Positions 1 through 11,019 of a stretch of DNA of 64,000 bases are shown in pieces. The notes below the pieces were generated by a model, which worked only from the letters and a program-made list of their open reading frames with translations, made no database searches and had not been told where the DNA came from. The position numbers were made by a program, and so were the translations under genes. Numbering within the stretch: the first letter of the stretch is position 1; every line of letters begins with the position of its first letter. Source of the stretch: a virus (lineage: Duplodnaviria; Caudoviricetes); IMG/VR virus record IMGVR_UViG_3300032030_000007, positions 32,001 to 96,000 of that record; one strand, written 5' to 3'.

Positions 1-312
1 AATATTCCAAGATTCATTATAAGATGACTTACTCCATTGTTGGACATGATATTTTTCATCTTCTGGTCCTTCTTGATATTCATTAGTCATACTTACACTG
101 ATAATACCATTTTTAATTTCAATCTTGGTATCATCTTTTCCAAATCCAGGATTGGCAATTTCTATTTCATAAGCTTTATCAGTTTCCTTTACATTAACCT
201 TTGGGGAATTGGTAAAGTTAAATGGAACAAAATCACCGAAGAAAGTTTTAATAGGATTAAAACTAAAATCAAATAAATCTTTTGCACCAAAAAAATCTAA
301 AGCGTTTGTCAT
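1..312 (-). CDS. Small heat-shock protein (Hsp20/alpha-crystallin), runs off the left window edge; not in ORF track
   Basis: Manual translation from ATG at 312: MTNALDFFGAKDLF...SPKVNVKETDKAYEIEIANPGFGKDDTKIEIKNGIISV...; matches the Hsp20 pattern PxVNVxET..YxIE...PG; directly downstream of dnaK. Confidence 0.85.
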   Translation of the reverse strand, partial: MTNALDFFGAKDLFDFSFNPIKTFFGDFVPFNFTNSPKVNVKETDKAYEIEIANPGFGKDDTKIEIKNGIISVSMTNEYQEGPEDEKYHVQQWSKSSYNESWNI

Positions 313-384
313 AATAATTACCTCCAATTATTTATTGAATATATTTATTTTGGAGATTCTCAAATGAGAGTCTCGTTAAGAGTT

Positions 385-2343
385 TTATTTTGTTTCTGTG
401 AACGGAGTTCCAGCTTGGAATGGATTTCCACCAAATGGATTATCTCCAGATGCTCCGTTGTTTCCACCAAACATATTATTGAACATATTTGGATCTACTT
501 GAGGATTTCCATTTGCATCCTTAGGCATATTCTCTTGATAGATACGACTGATGATAGGATTATAAACTTTCTCAAGTTCGTCTTTCTTTGCAAACATCTC
601 AGAATCATTTTTTTCATCAATAGCTTTTTTAGCAGCGTCAACTAAATCCTGAAGTTGTTTCTTTTCATCATCAGTAAACTTATCCTTAAGATTATCATCG
701 CTTAATGAACGTTCAACAGAATAAATATATCCCTCAGCAGCATTCTTCTTATCAAACTCTGCCTTCTTAGCAGCATCCTCGGCTTTATGTTCTTCAGCTT
801 CCTTCTTAATACGTTCAATTTCTTCTTTAGATAATGTATTGGAATCATTAATCGTAATATGTTGTTCCTTTTGAGTTCCAAGATCCTTAGCAGATACAGT
901 CAATGTACCGTTAGCATCAATATCAAATGTTACTTCAATCTGTGGAACACCACGTGGAGCAGGAGCAATACCATCAAGATTAAACATACCAATTTGTTTA
1001 TTATCCTTACTCATTGGACGTTCACCCTGAAGAACTACAATTGATACCGCAGGTTGATTATCTACAGCAGTTGTAAATATTTGTGATTTCTTTGCAGGAA
1101 TTGTTGTGTTAGCTTCAATAAGCTTACCCATCATATTACCATTAACCTCAATACCCAATGTAATAGGAGTTACATCAAGAAGAACTGTATCTGATTCCTC
1201 AGGATTAACAATTGCCTTAGCCTGAATTGCAGCACCAAGTGCAACAGCTTCATCAAAGTTAGATGACTTATTCAACTTATCACCGAATGTATTCTTAAGA
1301 GCTTCTTGAACTTGTGGCATACGAGATGAACCACCTACAAGAAGAATATCAGTAATATCTGCTGATGTTTTCTTTGCCTTTTCAAGTGCACGTTTTGCAA
1401 TTTCAATTACTCTATCAGTGAACTTCTTTGTCATCTGTTCAAACTTTGCACGAGTAAGAGTTGTTACAAGCATTTGAGGAACACCATCCATAACAGTAAT
1501 ATATGGAAGATTAATCTCTGTTGATGTTGATGTTGATAACTCACACTTTGCTTTCTCTGCAGCTTCAACCAAACGAGCATATGCCATAGGATCTTTACGT
1601 AAATCTACATTAGCATGATCCTTCATAAACTCATCTGCAAGCCAATCTACAATTTCATTATCGTAATTTTGACCACCAAGGAATACATCACCATCAGATG
1701 CAAGTACTTCAACAATACCTTGAGATACTTCACAAATTGATACATCTTCAGTACCACAACCAAGGTCATTTACAAGTACAAGACGTTCCTTATCTTCTTT
1801 ATCCATACCTGCTGCAAGAATAGCTGCAGTTGGCTCATTGATAATACGATGCACTGTTAAACCAGCAAGTTCACCAGCAAGCTTTGTTGCTTTACGTTGA
1901 ACATCATTGAACCATGCAGGAACTGTGATAACACAATCCTTAACTTCTTCTCCATAATAATCTGAAGCAACCTTTGCAAGGTCTGTTAAAATATATGAAG
2001 AAATCTCTTCAGCAGAATAATCTTTTCCTTCAATTCTAACATAAGGTTTATTGTTCTTGTTGACTACTTCATAAGTAATCATTGTAAGCATCTTTTGAAC
2101 ATCAGAATCTTGCCATTCAGCACCCATAAATCTCTTAATGAAAGATACTGTATTCTTAGGATTCATAATCATACCACGTTTAGCGGAACCTCCAATTTTA
2201 CGTTCATCGCCTTTAATAAAAACTACAGATGGTGTGGTACGAGAACCTTCTGCGTTTGCAATAACTTTAGCTTGTCCGCCTTCAATAATAGCGACACAGC
2301 TGTTACCTGTTCCCAGGTCAATACCAAATACTTTGTTGCTCAT
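385..2343 (-). CDS. dnaK: Hsp70 chaperone DnaK
   Basis: [58 protein letters not shown] motifs. Confidence 0.98.
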   Translation of the reverse strand: MSNKVFGIDLGTGNSCVAIIEGGQAKVIANAEGSRTTPSVVFIKGDERKIGGSAKRGMIMNPKNTVSFIKRFMGAEWQDSDVQKMLTMITYEVVNKNNKPYVRIEGKDYSAEEISSYILTDLAKVASDYYGEEVKDCVITVPAWFNDVQRKATKLAGELAGLTVHRIINEPTAAILAAGMDKEDKERLVLVNDLGCGTEDVSICEVSQGIVEVLASDGDVFLGGQNYDNEIVDWLADEFMKDHANVDLRKDPMAYARLVEAAEKAKCELSTSTSTEINLPYITVMDGVPQMLVTTLTRAKFEQMTKKFTDRVIEIAKRALEKAKKTSADITDILLVGGSSRMPQVQEALKNTFGDKLNKSSNFDEAVALGAAIQAKAIVNPEESDTVLLDVTPITLGIEVNGNMMGKLIEANTTIPAKKSQIFTTAVDNQPAVSIVVLQGERPMSKDNKQIGMFNLDGIAPAPRGVPQIEVTFDIDANGTLTVSAKDLGTQKEQHITINDSNTLSKEEIERIKKEAEEHKAEDAAKKAEFDKKNAAEGYIYSVERSLSDDNLKDKFTDDEKKQLQDLVDAAKKAIDEKNDSEMFAKKDELEKVYNPIISRIYQENMPKDANGNPQVDPNMFNNMFGGNNGASGDNPFGGNPFQAGTPFTETK

Positions 2344-2435
2344 AATTTATATGTTTTAATATTTTTGTAGCTCAAGATAGATTAAACTACCTTGTAATTT
2401 ATAATAAATATAAAATAGTTAATATTATAAAAAAA

Positions 2436-2810
2436 TTATAAAAATTTATTAAGAAAATGCTTTTGATCCCATTCAAACATCAAATTTAAATTATAATACC
2501 ACCACGTATTACATTGTTTTAATATCTTTTTACAAGTATCATAATCATAATTTGTATTATTTGATATATCATGCATATGATTTAAACAATCTGCAGTAAA
2601 CAATCTATTATTATAATCTGTAATATGACCATTTCTAAAATAATAATCAAATACTACATTTTCATTAACATCATCTACTAACAAATATGCAAATTCTTTA
2701 ATTTCTTTAATATCATTAATATTAAATCCATTTAATGATAAAAGAAAACATAATAAATATTTCTTATCATTTACTTTAACTAAGTGCGTAAAATATTTCA
2801 TAGTTCCCAT
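2436..2810 (-). CDS. Hypothetical protein
   Basis: ORF in co-oriented tightly packed array. Confidence 0.6.
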   Translation of the reverse strand: MGTMKYFTHLVKVNDKKYLLCFLLSLNGFNINDIKEIKEFAYLLVDDVNENVVFDYYFRNGHITDYNNRLFTADCLNHMHDISNNTNYDYDTCKKILKQCNTWWYYNLNLMFEWDQKHFLNKFL

Positions 2811-3172
2811 ATCTTTTCTGGAGTTGGTCTACCATCTAACCAATCTTCAGTATATTTTTCATATTCTTCTTCAGACATATCTCCTTTTATAAATATCTTA
2901 TAAAGATTATGAAATGTATTTTCAAATGTCTCTAATGAACTTTTATCATAGTCTTCATATGGATCACCTTTGAATATTGGTTCATTTTCAGCTAATTCTT
3001 TACTACATATAATAGCCTGTACAGATTCATCATTTGATATTCTCCAATATCCTCTTGCTTGTTGTTCATTAAGAGTTATATACATTGGATAATATAACTC
3101 ATATTCATCATTTGGCATACATACATAAAATACTTTCATAAAATCAATTTCATTAATATATTTATAATTCAT
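2798..3172 (-). CDS. Hypothetical protein (start probably MNYKY at 3172)
   Basis: The longer ORF-track start overlaps the upstream gene by 74 nt. Confidence 0.55.
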   Translation of the reverse strand: MNYKYINEIDFMKVFYVCMPNDEYELYYPMYITLNEQQARGYWRISNDESVQAIICSKELAENEPIFKGDPYEDYDKSSLETFENTFHNLYKIFIKGDMSEEEYEKYTEDWLDGRPTPEKIWEL

Positions 3173-3968
3173 ATTTTTTATGGAAATCATTATACAGATG
3201 CATGAATTCTGATGTAAAGAAACGTGTAACATCATGAACTAATTGATCATCTATTTCCATTCCTTCAGTAGCACATGCTAATGCTCCAGCTAATCCACCT
3301 TCTGTATCAGTATCACCACCTAATGATATTGCTTTACGAATACAGTCTTCATAAGAATTTGAATCTCTCCAACATATCAATACAGCAGGAACTGAATTCT
3401 GACATGTACATTCAAATTTATGTACTCTTTTTAATTCATCATAAGATTTTGAAAGATCATATCTAAATTGTCTGCTAATATATTTCAATATATCTTTTTT
3501 AGTATTGCCTTCCTTAGCAAAGAATATTGCAGCTGCTATAGCTTGTGCACCTTTAATTCCTTCAGGATGATTATGAGTTACTTCAGCAGATATCTTAGCT
3601 AACTCCATGCATTCATCAATATTATTTGCAACATAAGCAACTGGTGGAACTCTCATAGCAGATCCATTACCAAATGAATTATATGGATCTCTACGTTTTT
3701 CATTAATCCATTTCTTAAATGTTGTCTCAAGATCATAATGCCATAATCCATAATTGTATTTATTACCCCAATAATGGAACTTATCAATTAACGCATCCTT
3801 TGACCTATCAGTATTCATAAGCCAATCAGCAACAGCAATCATACAAATAGAATCATCAGAAGGATGAGTTCTATCATACATAAATTCAAAATTATAATCC
3901 TTAGTTGGTTTTTGTGCATAATACTGTCCAATACTATCACCAACAATTTGTCCAATTATACCTTTCAT
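3162..3968 (-). CDS. ADP-ribosylglycohydrolase (DraG/ARH family), paralog 2
   Basis: GDSIG, SDDS, GNGSAMRV, THNHP, GGDTDT motifs. Confidence 0.92.
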   Translation of the reverse strand: MKGIIGQIVGDSIGQYYAQKPTKDYNFEFMYDRTHPSDDSICMIAVADWLMNTDRSKDALIDKFHYWGNKYNYGLWHYDLETTFKKWINEKRRDPYNSFGNGSAMRVPPVAYVANNIDECMELAKISAEVTHNHPEGIKGAQAIAAAIFFAKEGNTKKDILKYISRQFRYDLSKSYDELKRVHKFECTCQNSVPAVLICWRDSNSYEDCIRKAISLGGDTDTEGGLAGALACATEGMEIDDQLVHDVTRFFTSEFMHLYNDFHKKYEL

Positions 3969-4012
3969 AACTTAATTAATTTAATTATTTTATATGTTAA
4001 ATATTTTATTAT

Positions 4013-4807
4013 TTAAAGTTCATATTTATTGTGAAATTCATTTAATATATATATAAATTCATCAGGTATATATCCATCTTCACATAATTTATATAAAAAT
4101 TCATCATTAATACTAGTTTCTTCTTTAGCATTACATATTGATCCAGCTATACATGCTTCAGTATCGGCGTCTCCACCTAGACTTACAGCCTTACGAATAC
4201 AATCTTCATATGATGTACTTTCATACCAACAAGTTAAACATACAGGTATGGATACTTGACAAGTACAATTAAATTTATGCGTATTTTTTAAATCCTTATA
4301 TGATTGTAATTTATAATCTGTATTATTTAATATATAATTAATGATTTCATCTTTTGTTTTACCATTACGATATAACCATATTGCAATAGCAACTGTAATT
4401 GCACCTTTAATACCTTCAGGATGATTATGAGTAACTTCTGCTGATGTTTTTGCTAAGTTAATACATTCTTCCAATGAATTTGCAACCCAGCCTACTGGAG
4501 ATACTCTCATAGCAGAACCATTACCATAAGAATTATATGGTTCACGTGTATCTGAATTAACCCAATTTTTAAATTTTGGTGCATACCCATAATTATATTT
4601 ATTACACCAATATTTAAGTTTATTGATTAATTCATCTTTTGAACGATCTGTATTCATTAGCCAATCAGCTACTGCTATTGTACATGTACTATCATCAGTT
4701 ACATGTGATTCATTCGTTATTAATTCAAAATTATAATTATGTGTTGAATGAAATTCATAATTTTGCCCAATAAGATCTCCAACAACTGCACCTATAATAC
4801 CTATCAT
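4013..4807 (-). CDS. ADP-ribosylglycohydrolase (DraG/ARH family), paralog 1
   Basis: GDLIG, TDDS, GNGSAMRV, THNHP, GGDADT motifs. Confidence 0.93.
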   Translation of the reverse strand: MIGIIGAVVGDLIGQNYEFHSTHNYNFELITNESHVTDDSTCTIAVADWLMNTDRSKDELINKLKYWCNKYNYGYAPKFKNWVNSDTREPYNSYGNGSAMRVSPVGWVANSLEECINLAKTSAEVTHNHPEGIKGAITVAIAIWLYRNGKTKDEIINYILNNTDYKLQSYKDLKNTHKFNCTCQVSIPVCLTCWYESTSYEDCIRKAVSLGGDADTEACIAGSICNAKEETSINDEFLYKLCEDGYIPDEFIYILNEFHNKYEL

Positions 4808-4836
4808 ATAATGTTTAATTTTAATTTTTTATTATT

Positions 4837-6524
4837 TTAATAATCTAAATTTAACATCTCCCATTTATCTTTTTCAGTTACACTATATTGTTTTGATTCT
4901 ATTAATGCATCTATATACATTTCAAATGCTTCTTTAAAATTGCTTATTGAACCATTAGGAAATACTTCATAAATACCATCATAAAATTCTTCTCTCCAAG
5001 CAGTCATTGGACGATACCAAATATCAACCCAAACATCAGTTTCAAATTCAGTGTCACAAGTAACATGAAACTTATCAGGTTCAGAATATCCTGTGCCACA
5101 ACTACAATTTGGTCTTAGATGCTTAATAAATTTAATAGATGTTATTTTCATATATTTTTATATTTAATTTGAATATATATATCGTAATCAATTTCTTTGT
5201 AATCTTCGGGACGATCTTTCATATTTTGCAATATATCTTGTAAATTTCTTGAACTATAATAAAAATCAGGTCTACTTAAATTACCACCAATGAATTTTTT
5301 TGTATAATCATTATATGGCATAATTAAAAACATTGGGAATTTTAAAACATCAGGCTGAGATATTGTCATCAATCGTTTTTCATAGAATTCTGGTTCATTA
5401 GTCCAACCTGCAGCAAAATCACAATGCCAATAACCCTGTCCTTCTAATCCACGACCATTTGCAACAAGAACTTTATCATATTCTTTAATTTGATTAAATC
5501 CAACTTCTTTATAGATTAATTCATATTGATCTTCATCATAAGTTTTAAACATTGTACCATCATCAAAATAATATTCAGTCCAATAATAATATTCATCATA
5601 TCGCCCGCTATCATCAATATCTGACATACGAACTGCTTTATTAATACGACCAAATACTTGATGATCCTTTTTAAGTCTTACAATATCACCAATCTGAAAT
5701 CTATCATTTCTATAATCCATAACTATTCAAATTTAATTATTTCTTTATCTAATATTAAATTCATAAAATCTTTTCTATAACACCAATATCTAATATCTTT
5801 CCAAAAACACCATTCTTCAAAACCTTCTTCAACTCTCCAATTTTCTGGTTTATTTATATCATCAGGATATATATGTTGTTCTAAATAACCAATTCCAAAC
5901 CACCATTTATTATGTTTATAATTTAGAAAACATATTGGCTCATATTCCTTAGGTGGATTATCATTGTCTCTTTTAATCCAAGTTAGCTTATATGTATTTT
6001 TTATCTGTTTCATTGAATATTGGCTTGACATTCTTTATATTGACCCATTGACAGAATTTTCCAAATGTATCATGTATTGCAACTTTTGGAAGATATTCAT
6101 TAATGATTAGACAAAAACATATCTTACCTTTATGTTTTACCATCTTAAACTCATTTCCATTAGCATCAGCAAAAGAAAACGAATTATCATCAGGCATTTT
6201 CTTTAATATGTTTTTTGATTGATTAATGTAATGAGATGGCAACATTGATAACATAGCTGTATGTTCATCAATAGATTTATTGTCTAATTTACGAGCTAAA
6301 TATCTTTTGCCTTTATGCTCCCATTCTTCATCTGTTTCTGCAAACTGTTTATTTACAATCATACAAGCATTCTGATAAGTGACAATAGTCATGTCAGAAT
6401 CATCATATTCATAAACACGTCTATCATCACCATCTTTCCAAGGAGACATTTGTAATAGATATTTATCCATTACTTTATATATGTTTCCAGTGTTATTAGA
6501 TTGCAAATATGTACTATTATCCAT
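4837..6524 (-). CDS. Four tandem hypothetical proteins (4837-5151, 5148-5720, 5723-6031, 5988-6524)
   Basis: Abutting or overlapping co-oriented ORFs with no recognisable motifs. Confidence 0.6.
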
Positions 6525-7138
6525 TATTTCATATATAAATTATTTTCTTTTATAATGTTATATACTCCCCTATTAAAATATAGTTCAACGTTTTTGTTTT
6601 GTTTAATAAAATTTCTAATATCTGTAGAATGCATTTCAAATCCTGGCATAAGATTAACATAAGCCTTGCATTTGCAAATTTGACTAAAATATTTTTCAAA
6701 TTCTGGTTTGATTGTTCCAACAATTATCATTCTATCAATATACTTTGATAAAATTTCTGTTGAATTATACCAAGATCCATATAATATCTCATGATAAGTT
6801 TCTTCAGTCAAAATCCAAAGAAAATCTTTTCCTATAGATTTATCATTATCATTAGAAAGATATTCTAACATATCATATGTATATGTCCAATCATGCTTAA
6901 ATTCAATATCATTTACGATTACATTAGTATCTTCTGTTGATAATGGTTCAAACATTAATTTTGACATATAATACCTATAAAGAATCGGAGTTGAATCTTT
7001 CTTATTTGGATTTTGCTTAGTTGGAATTATATGAATGCTATTAATTGATTTTGATATATCTGAATTAATAACACTCATAATAACATTAGCATGACCAATA
7101 TGTGGTGGATCAAATGAACCTAAAAATATTGCATTCAT
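6524..7138 (-). CDS. nadD: Nicotinate/nicotinamide mononucleotide adenylyltransferase (NadD family)
   Basis: GSFDPPHIGH (HxGH), PTKQNPNK, YTYD and HSTDIR (SSTxIR-like) motifs. Confidence 0.88.
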   Translation of the reverse strand: MNAIFLGSFDPPHIGHANVIMSVINSDISKSINSIHIIPTKQNPNKKDSTPILYRYYMSKLMFEPLSTEDTNVIVNDIEFKHDWTYTYDMLEYLSNDNDKSIGKDFLWILTEETYHEILYGSWYNSTEILSKYIDRMIIVGTIKPEFEKYFSQICKCKAYVNLMPGFEMHSTDIRNFIKQNKNVELYFNRGVYNIIKENNLYMK

Positions 7139-7141
7139 AAC

Positions 7142-7771
7142 TTAAAGATTTTCATATAGTAATGTTATGTGATTCTTTTTAATTTCTGGAGTTTCAATAC
7201 CCATGTCTTTACAATGATTATTGAATTCATAAGTATTAAATGGGTGAGTTATAATATGATAACCTGATTTTGTTGGCAATGTTGTAACAATTGCATAATC
7301 ATATTTTGTTGAGCATCTTCCAATAGCTTCAAGAACATAATGAAGATATTGATTGTCATTTTCACAATCATCAATATCAATTACCCATCGTTTTTCTTTA
7401 CCTGATAATGAACCATTTACAGAATCGCAAAATCGCCAAGGTTTCTTTGATTCTCCCAAAGCAACCATTTCTGCATATTTAACCAATGTCTTTTTAGAAA
7501 GTTCAATCTTTGATTTAGCATTAACACTGATATATGCACGAAGCTTAAACATATCACAGCATTGTTTGATTTCTTCAATATATCTATCAAACAATTCTAA
7601 TGAATCAATATAATAGCATTTAAATGTATAATTAGCAGCAGGCATATCTGGATTATCTTTACCACGACGAATCAACTGAACATCAAAATAAAGATCCTTT
7701 CTATATTGCTGTTTTTCAGGAATTCCGAGATCTTTCATATAATCTCGCATAACCTTAATATTGTCTGTCAT
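7142..7771 (-). CDS. Phage protein with possible AEP/primase-like fold
   Basis: WVIDIDD and TKSGYH resemble AEP motifs I (hhhDhD) and II (sxH). Confidence 0.45.
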   Translation of the reverse strand: MTDNIKVMRDYMKDLGIPEKQQYRKDLYFDVQLIRRGKDNPDMPAANYTFKCYYIDSLELFDRYIEEIKQCCDMFKLRAYISVNAKSKIELSKKTLVKYAEMVALGESKKPWRFCDSVNGSLSGKEKRWVIDIDDCENDNQYLHYVLEAIGRCSTKYDYAIVTTLPTKSGYHIITHPFNTYEFNNHCKDMGIETPEIKKNHITLLYENL

Positions 7772-7773
7772 AT

Positions 7774-8022
7774 TTAATCAATATTAATCAAACGATAAAT
7801 ACCGTCATTTTTAATTTCCCAATGAAAATTAATATCAAACTTAACTTTGTTACCCATGTTAATTGTCATAATAGAAACATTATCAGTATGCTTTACAATA
7901 AAAGGGAAAGGCAATCGTTCTGAAATATAATCAAATAACGCATGCTGATTTTTAACACAATGATAACGATAAGTGTTCATTAAAAAGTTATCAATTAAAT
8001 TTTTCTTAATTTCATTATACAT
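7774..8022 (-). CDS. Hypothetical protein
   Basis: First ORF after promoter motif at 8057-8085. Confidence 0.6.
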   Translation of the reverse strand: MYNEIKKNLIDNFLMNTYRYHCVKNQHALFDYISERLPFPFIVKHTDNVSIMTINMGNKVKFDINFHWEIKNDGIYRLINID

Positions 8023-8056
8023 AACTAAAATATATTTAAAATATTAAAACTATTTA

Positions 8057-8085
8057 AATATAGTTCAAATAATATTAAAATTCAA
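8057..8085 (-). promoter_or_regulatory. Recurrent promoter TTGAAT-N16-18-TATATT (representative copy)
   Basis: Same motif at 17116-17143, 18576-18605, 23435-23462, 26189-26216, 27939-27967, 33785-33812, 49352-49379, 50718-50745, 59613-59640, always intergenic upstream of minus-strand genes. Confidence 0.75.
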
Positions 8086-8112
8086 AAATGGCAGATCTTA
8101 AGATCTGCCATT
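8084..8112 (-). terminator. Intrinsic terminator after the Cys-rich gene
   Basis: AATGGCAGATCT/AGATCTGCCATT hairpin followed by a T run on the minus strand. Confidence 0.8.
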
Positions 8113-8132
8113 CTTAAATATATAATTGATTT

Positions 8133-10991
8133 TTAACCTACTTGTGGAATTACATAGCCTTGACATGGACAATATTGATCACAATCACAGTGTGGATAGT
8201 ATGTCTTTTCATTACAAGAACATGTATCAACTTTTGACTGACATAAGTGAGCTGTGCAATTACCTACATTTGTATTACATGTACATGCATCATATGAAGG
8301 ACATACTGTATTATATGTGTTACAGTCACATTGACATGAATCTTTTACTGTTGTATTATGTGTGTTACAATCGCATTGACACGAATCTTTTACTGTTGTT
8401 CCTTGTGTGTTACAGTCACAGTTACAGCCAGTTCTTGCATTTGAACAGTGTCCTCCACAGTTCGAACATTGTGTATAACAGTTACATGAGTCAGAACAGT
8501 GTCCAGCACAATTTGAACATTGGGTATAACAGTTACATGAATCATTACAGTGTCCAGCACAGTTTGAACATTGGGTATAACAGTTACATGAATCAGAACA
8601 GTGTCCAGCACAGTTTGAGCATTGGGTATAACAGTTACATGAATCATTACAGTGTCCTCCACAATTTGAGCATTGAGTATAACAGTTACAAGAATCTCCA
8701 CAGTGTCCAGCACAATTTGAACATTGGGTATAACAGTTACATGAATCATTACAATCTGGAGAACATCCTACAACATTACAATCACAGCTACATACATCAT
8801 TACAAGAACAACCTACATATCCTCTATCTGTACAGTCGGGATCGCAAGTAGCATCGCATATGCATTTACGCTCTGCATTACAAAAACAAACACAACCACC
8901 TTCATAATTGTAATCATGCGTTAAACAATCATCATTTGTTACTGCATTGCAATCACATCCGCATGGATCATGACCAGTACAATCACATGAACAATCGCTA
9001 TGACTAGCACACTGTTCTCTATAATCTATACATTTCCAATTCGCATGTTCTCCATTACAACTAGAATTATTGTACTGATCATAAGGTAAACAATTATGAC
9101 CACATGTTTTATATCTACAAGAATCACCTGATCCTGATGTTTGTGAATCACAATAACAGTGCCAATCTTTACAATCAGCACATTCTGCAGTGCAGGAACC
9201 ATTATAATGATTATCAGCACATGTATTAGAATAACAATAACCACTACTATAATTATTTTCTTTACATTCACAAGATTGTGTATGACAAGTACATGCCGCA
9301 TATCCATGGCATCCGCATCCTGTCCAACTTTCGCATAAACAATATCTTGGGTCATCCTTATAATATGATTTACATGTACTATATTGTGAATTATTACATC
9401 CATCACCATCACAAGTACAATAAGTTCCATCATTATTACAATCACAATAACAGTCATCTTTATATGTACGTGTATGATTATTGCAATCGCATTGACATGA
9501 ATCTTTAGTTGTACGAGTATGATTATTACAATCACATTGACAAGAGTCCTTCGTTGTTGTATTATATGTATTGCAATCACATTGACATGAATCTTTTACT
9601 GTTGTTCCTTGTGTGTTACAGTCACAGTTACATGCACTTGTTGTATTAGAACAATGACCAGCACAGTTCGAACATTGTGTATAACAGTTACATGAATCAT
9701 TACAGTGTCCAGCGCAGTTTGAACATTGAGTATAACAGTTACAAGAATCATTACAGTGTCCAGAACATGTGCTATCATTATTACAGATACAGTCCGCACA
9801 TTTTGTATCACACGTATTATTTTGGTTACAGTCGCATACACATACGACATGTGATGCACATGCTGTACCATAAGCAGCACAGTGTTTATCACATGGTGAT
9901 GTGCTACCGCTTATTTCTTGTCTTACAAATGTTGTATTGACATGACATTGACATTTATCATATTGGTTACAGTCACAATAACAATATATGTCATCTTCGA
10001 CAATAGTAACATCTTTTATTGTACCTGCATTACCAGTCATTCTAAATGATACAGAACTAGAAGTATTGTTTGCTGTAGTTTTTGTTACTGTAATTCTGTC
10101 TGCATTACCTGACATAGGAGATACAGTATAGTTGTTTGAGCTTAAATTAGAAATTGTATATGATGTGTTACCTATCAATGACACATCTATGCCAACAGAC
10201 GAATTTGCTGCATTTACAATACCTGATTTTTCTAATGACAATATTATATCGTTAGGATGTGGATTAGCTCCTTGAGATACAGACACAGTAATAGATGTAT
10301 CATTCTTCTTTTCTTTAAATATAATATTTCCGCTTCTTGCAGCTCCAGCATTACCTTGTACCGAAACAACAACTGATTTAGATCCAGCTCTGTCTTCAGA
10401 TTTACTTAGTGCTACCCATGCAGGTTTGCTTACTAATGTCCATCCTGTGTATGATTTGATTTTAAGCGTCTGAGTTGCAGGAGCATCATACCCATATTCA
10501 TATTGATTATAATATGGAACTAATCTAATATAACCAGCATTATCTCCAGAAGTTACACCATCATTATGTTGATAGTAATAAACCTTGATAAAGTGAGAAC
10601 CTGCAGTAGGAACAGTAATATTTATTATATCATCTGTTGTACCTGACATTTTCTTCAATAATGGGTTTTCATCTGTTGTATCTAATTTACATATACCAAG
10701 AAAATCATTTGGACTTTCTGAACTAACAATTAAATCTAACTGTATTACTTGATTATTAGTATATGTCTTAAAGTTAACAAATGCAATATTGGGTGTTCCT
10801 TCTCCTCGTCCAGCTAACTTATAATAAAATTTATTATTTTTTGTTACGACTGTAGTAGTACCGACAACAGTACCTGATTCATAAAGCCAAGATTCTTCAG
10901 TTAATGTTTTTTGTATACCATAATCGAAAGATAATGATGTTGGTGCAATATTAAACTTAAAAAACCCTCCTAATATACGTCTTCTTAACAT
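8133..10991 (-). CDS. 952-aa protein: N-terminal beta-rich and BACON-like domains plus ~610-aa Cys-rich repeat region
   Basis: BACON-like stretch (WTLVSKPAWV...NAGAARSGNIIF...VSVSQG); more than 100 Cys in CxCDCN and CxDSCNCYTQCSNCxGH repeats. Confidence 0.85.
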   Translation of the reverse strand: MLRRRILGGFFKFNIAPTSLSFDYGIQKTLTEESWLYESGTVVGTTTVVTKNNKFYYKLAGRGEGTPNIAFVNFKTYTNNQVIQLDLIVSSESPNDFLGICKLDTTDENPLLKKMSGTTDDIINITVPTAGSHFIKVYYYQHNDGVTSGDNAGYIRLVPYYNQYEYGYDAPATQTLKIKSYTGWTLVSKPAWVALSKSEDRAGSKSVVVSVQGNAGAARSGNIIFKEKKNDTSITVSVSQGANPHPNDIILSLEKSGIVNAANSSVGIDVSLIGNTSYTISNLSSNNYTVSPMSGNADRITVTKTTANNTSSSVSFRMTGNAGTIKDVTIVEDDIYCYCDCNQYDKCQCHVNTTFVRQEISGSTSPCDKHCAAYGTACASHVVCVCDCNQNNTCDTKCADCICNNDSTCSGHCNDSCNCYTQCSNCAGHCNDSCNCYTQCSNCAGHCSNTTSACNCDCNTQGTTVKDSCQCDCNTYNTTTKDSCQCDCNNHTRTTKDSCQCDCNNHTRTYKDDCYCDCNNDGTYCTCDGDGCNNSQYSTCKSYYKDDPRYCLCESWTGCGCHGYAACTCHTQSCECKENNYSSGYCYSNTCADNHYNGSCTAECADCKDWHCYCDSQTSGSGDSCRYKTCGHNCLPYDQYNNSSCNGEHANWKCIDYREQCASHSDCSCDCTGHDPCGCDCNAVTNDDCLTHDYNYEGGCVCFCNAERKCICDATCDPDCTDRGYVGCSCNDVCSCDCNVVGCSPDCNDSCNCYTQCSNCAGHCGDSCNCYTQCSNCGGHCNDSCNCYTQCSNCAGHCSDSCNCYTQCSNCAGHCNDSCNCYTQCSNCAGHCSDSCNCYTQCSNCGGHCSNARTGCNCDCNTQGTTVKDSCQCDCNTHNTTVKDSCQCDCNTYNTVCPSYDACTCNTNVGNCTAHLCQSKVDTCSCNEKTYYPHCDCDQYCPCQGYVIPQVG
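8448..8753 (-). repeat. Six tandem 51-nt coding repeats (C[NGS]DSCNCYTQCSNC[AG]GH)
   Basis: Read directly; two more units at 9654-9755, and 45-nt CxCDCN...KDS repeats follow both blocks. Confidence 0.95.
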
Positions 10992-11019
10992 TTAAGTATA
11001 TTACATATATTTTTATAAT

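Noticed and set aside
37-2370. Plus-strand ORFs opposite hsp20/dnaK and similar short antisense ORFs across the window
   Set aside because: They overlap well-supported minus-strand genes and have no motifs
2344-2435. CIRCE element before dnaK
   Set aside because: No TTAGCACTC-N9-GAGTGCTAA present
8340-9760. CRISPR array
   Set aside because: Repeats are 51 and 45 nt, in frame, vary mostly at synonymous sites and have no unique spacers
8126-9940. Alternate-frame and antisense ORFs over the Cys-rich gene (8126-8851, 8390-8749, 9026-9580, 9596-9892, 9677-9940)
   Set aside because: Shadows of the repeats in the real gene
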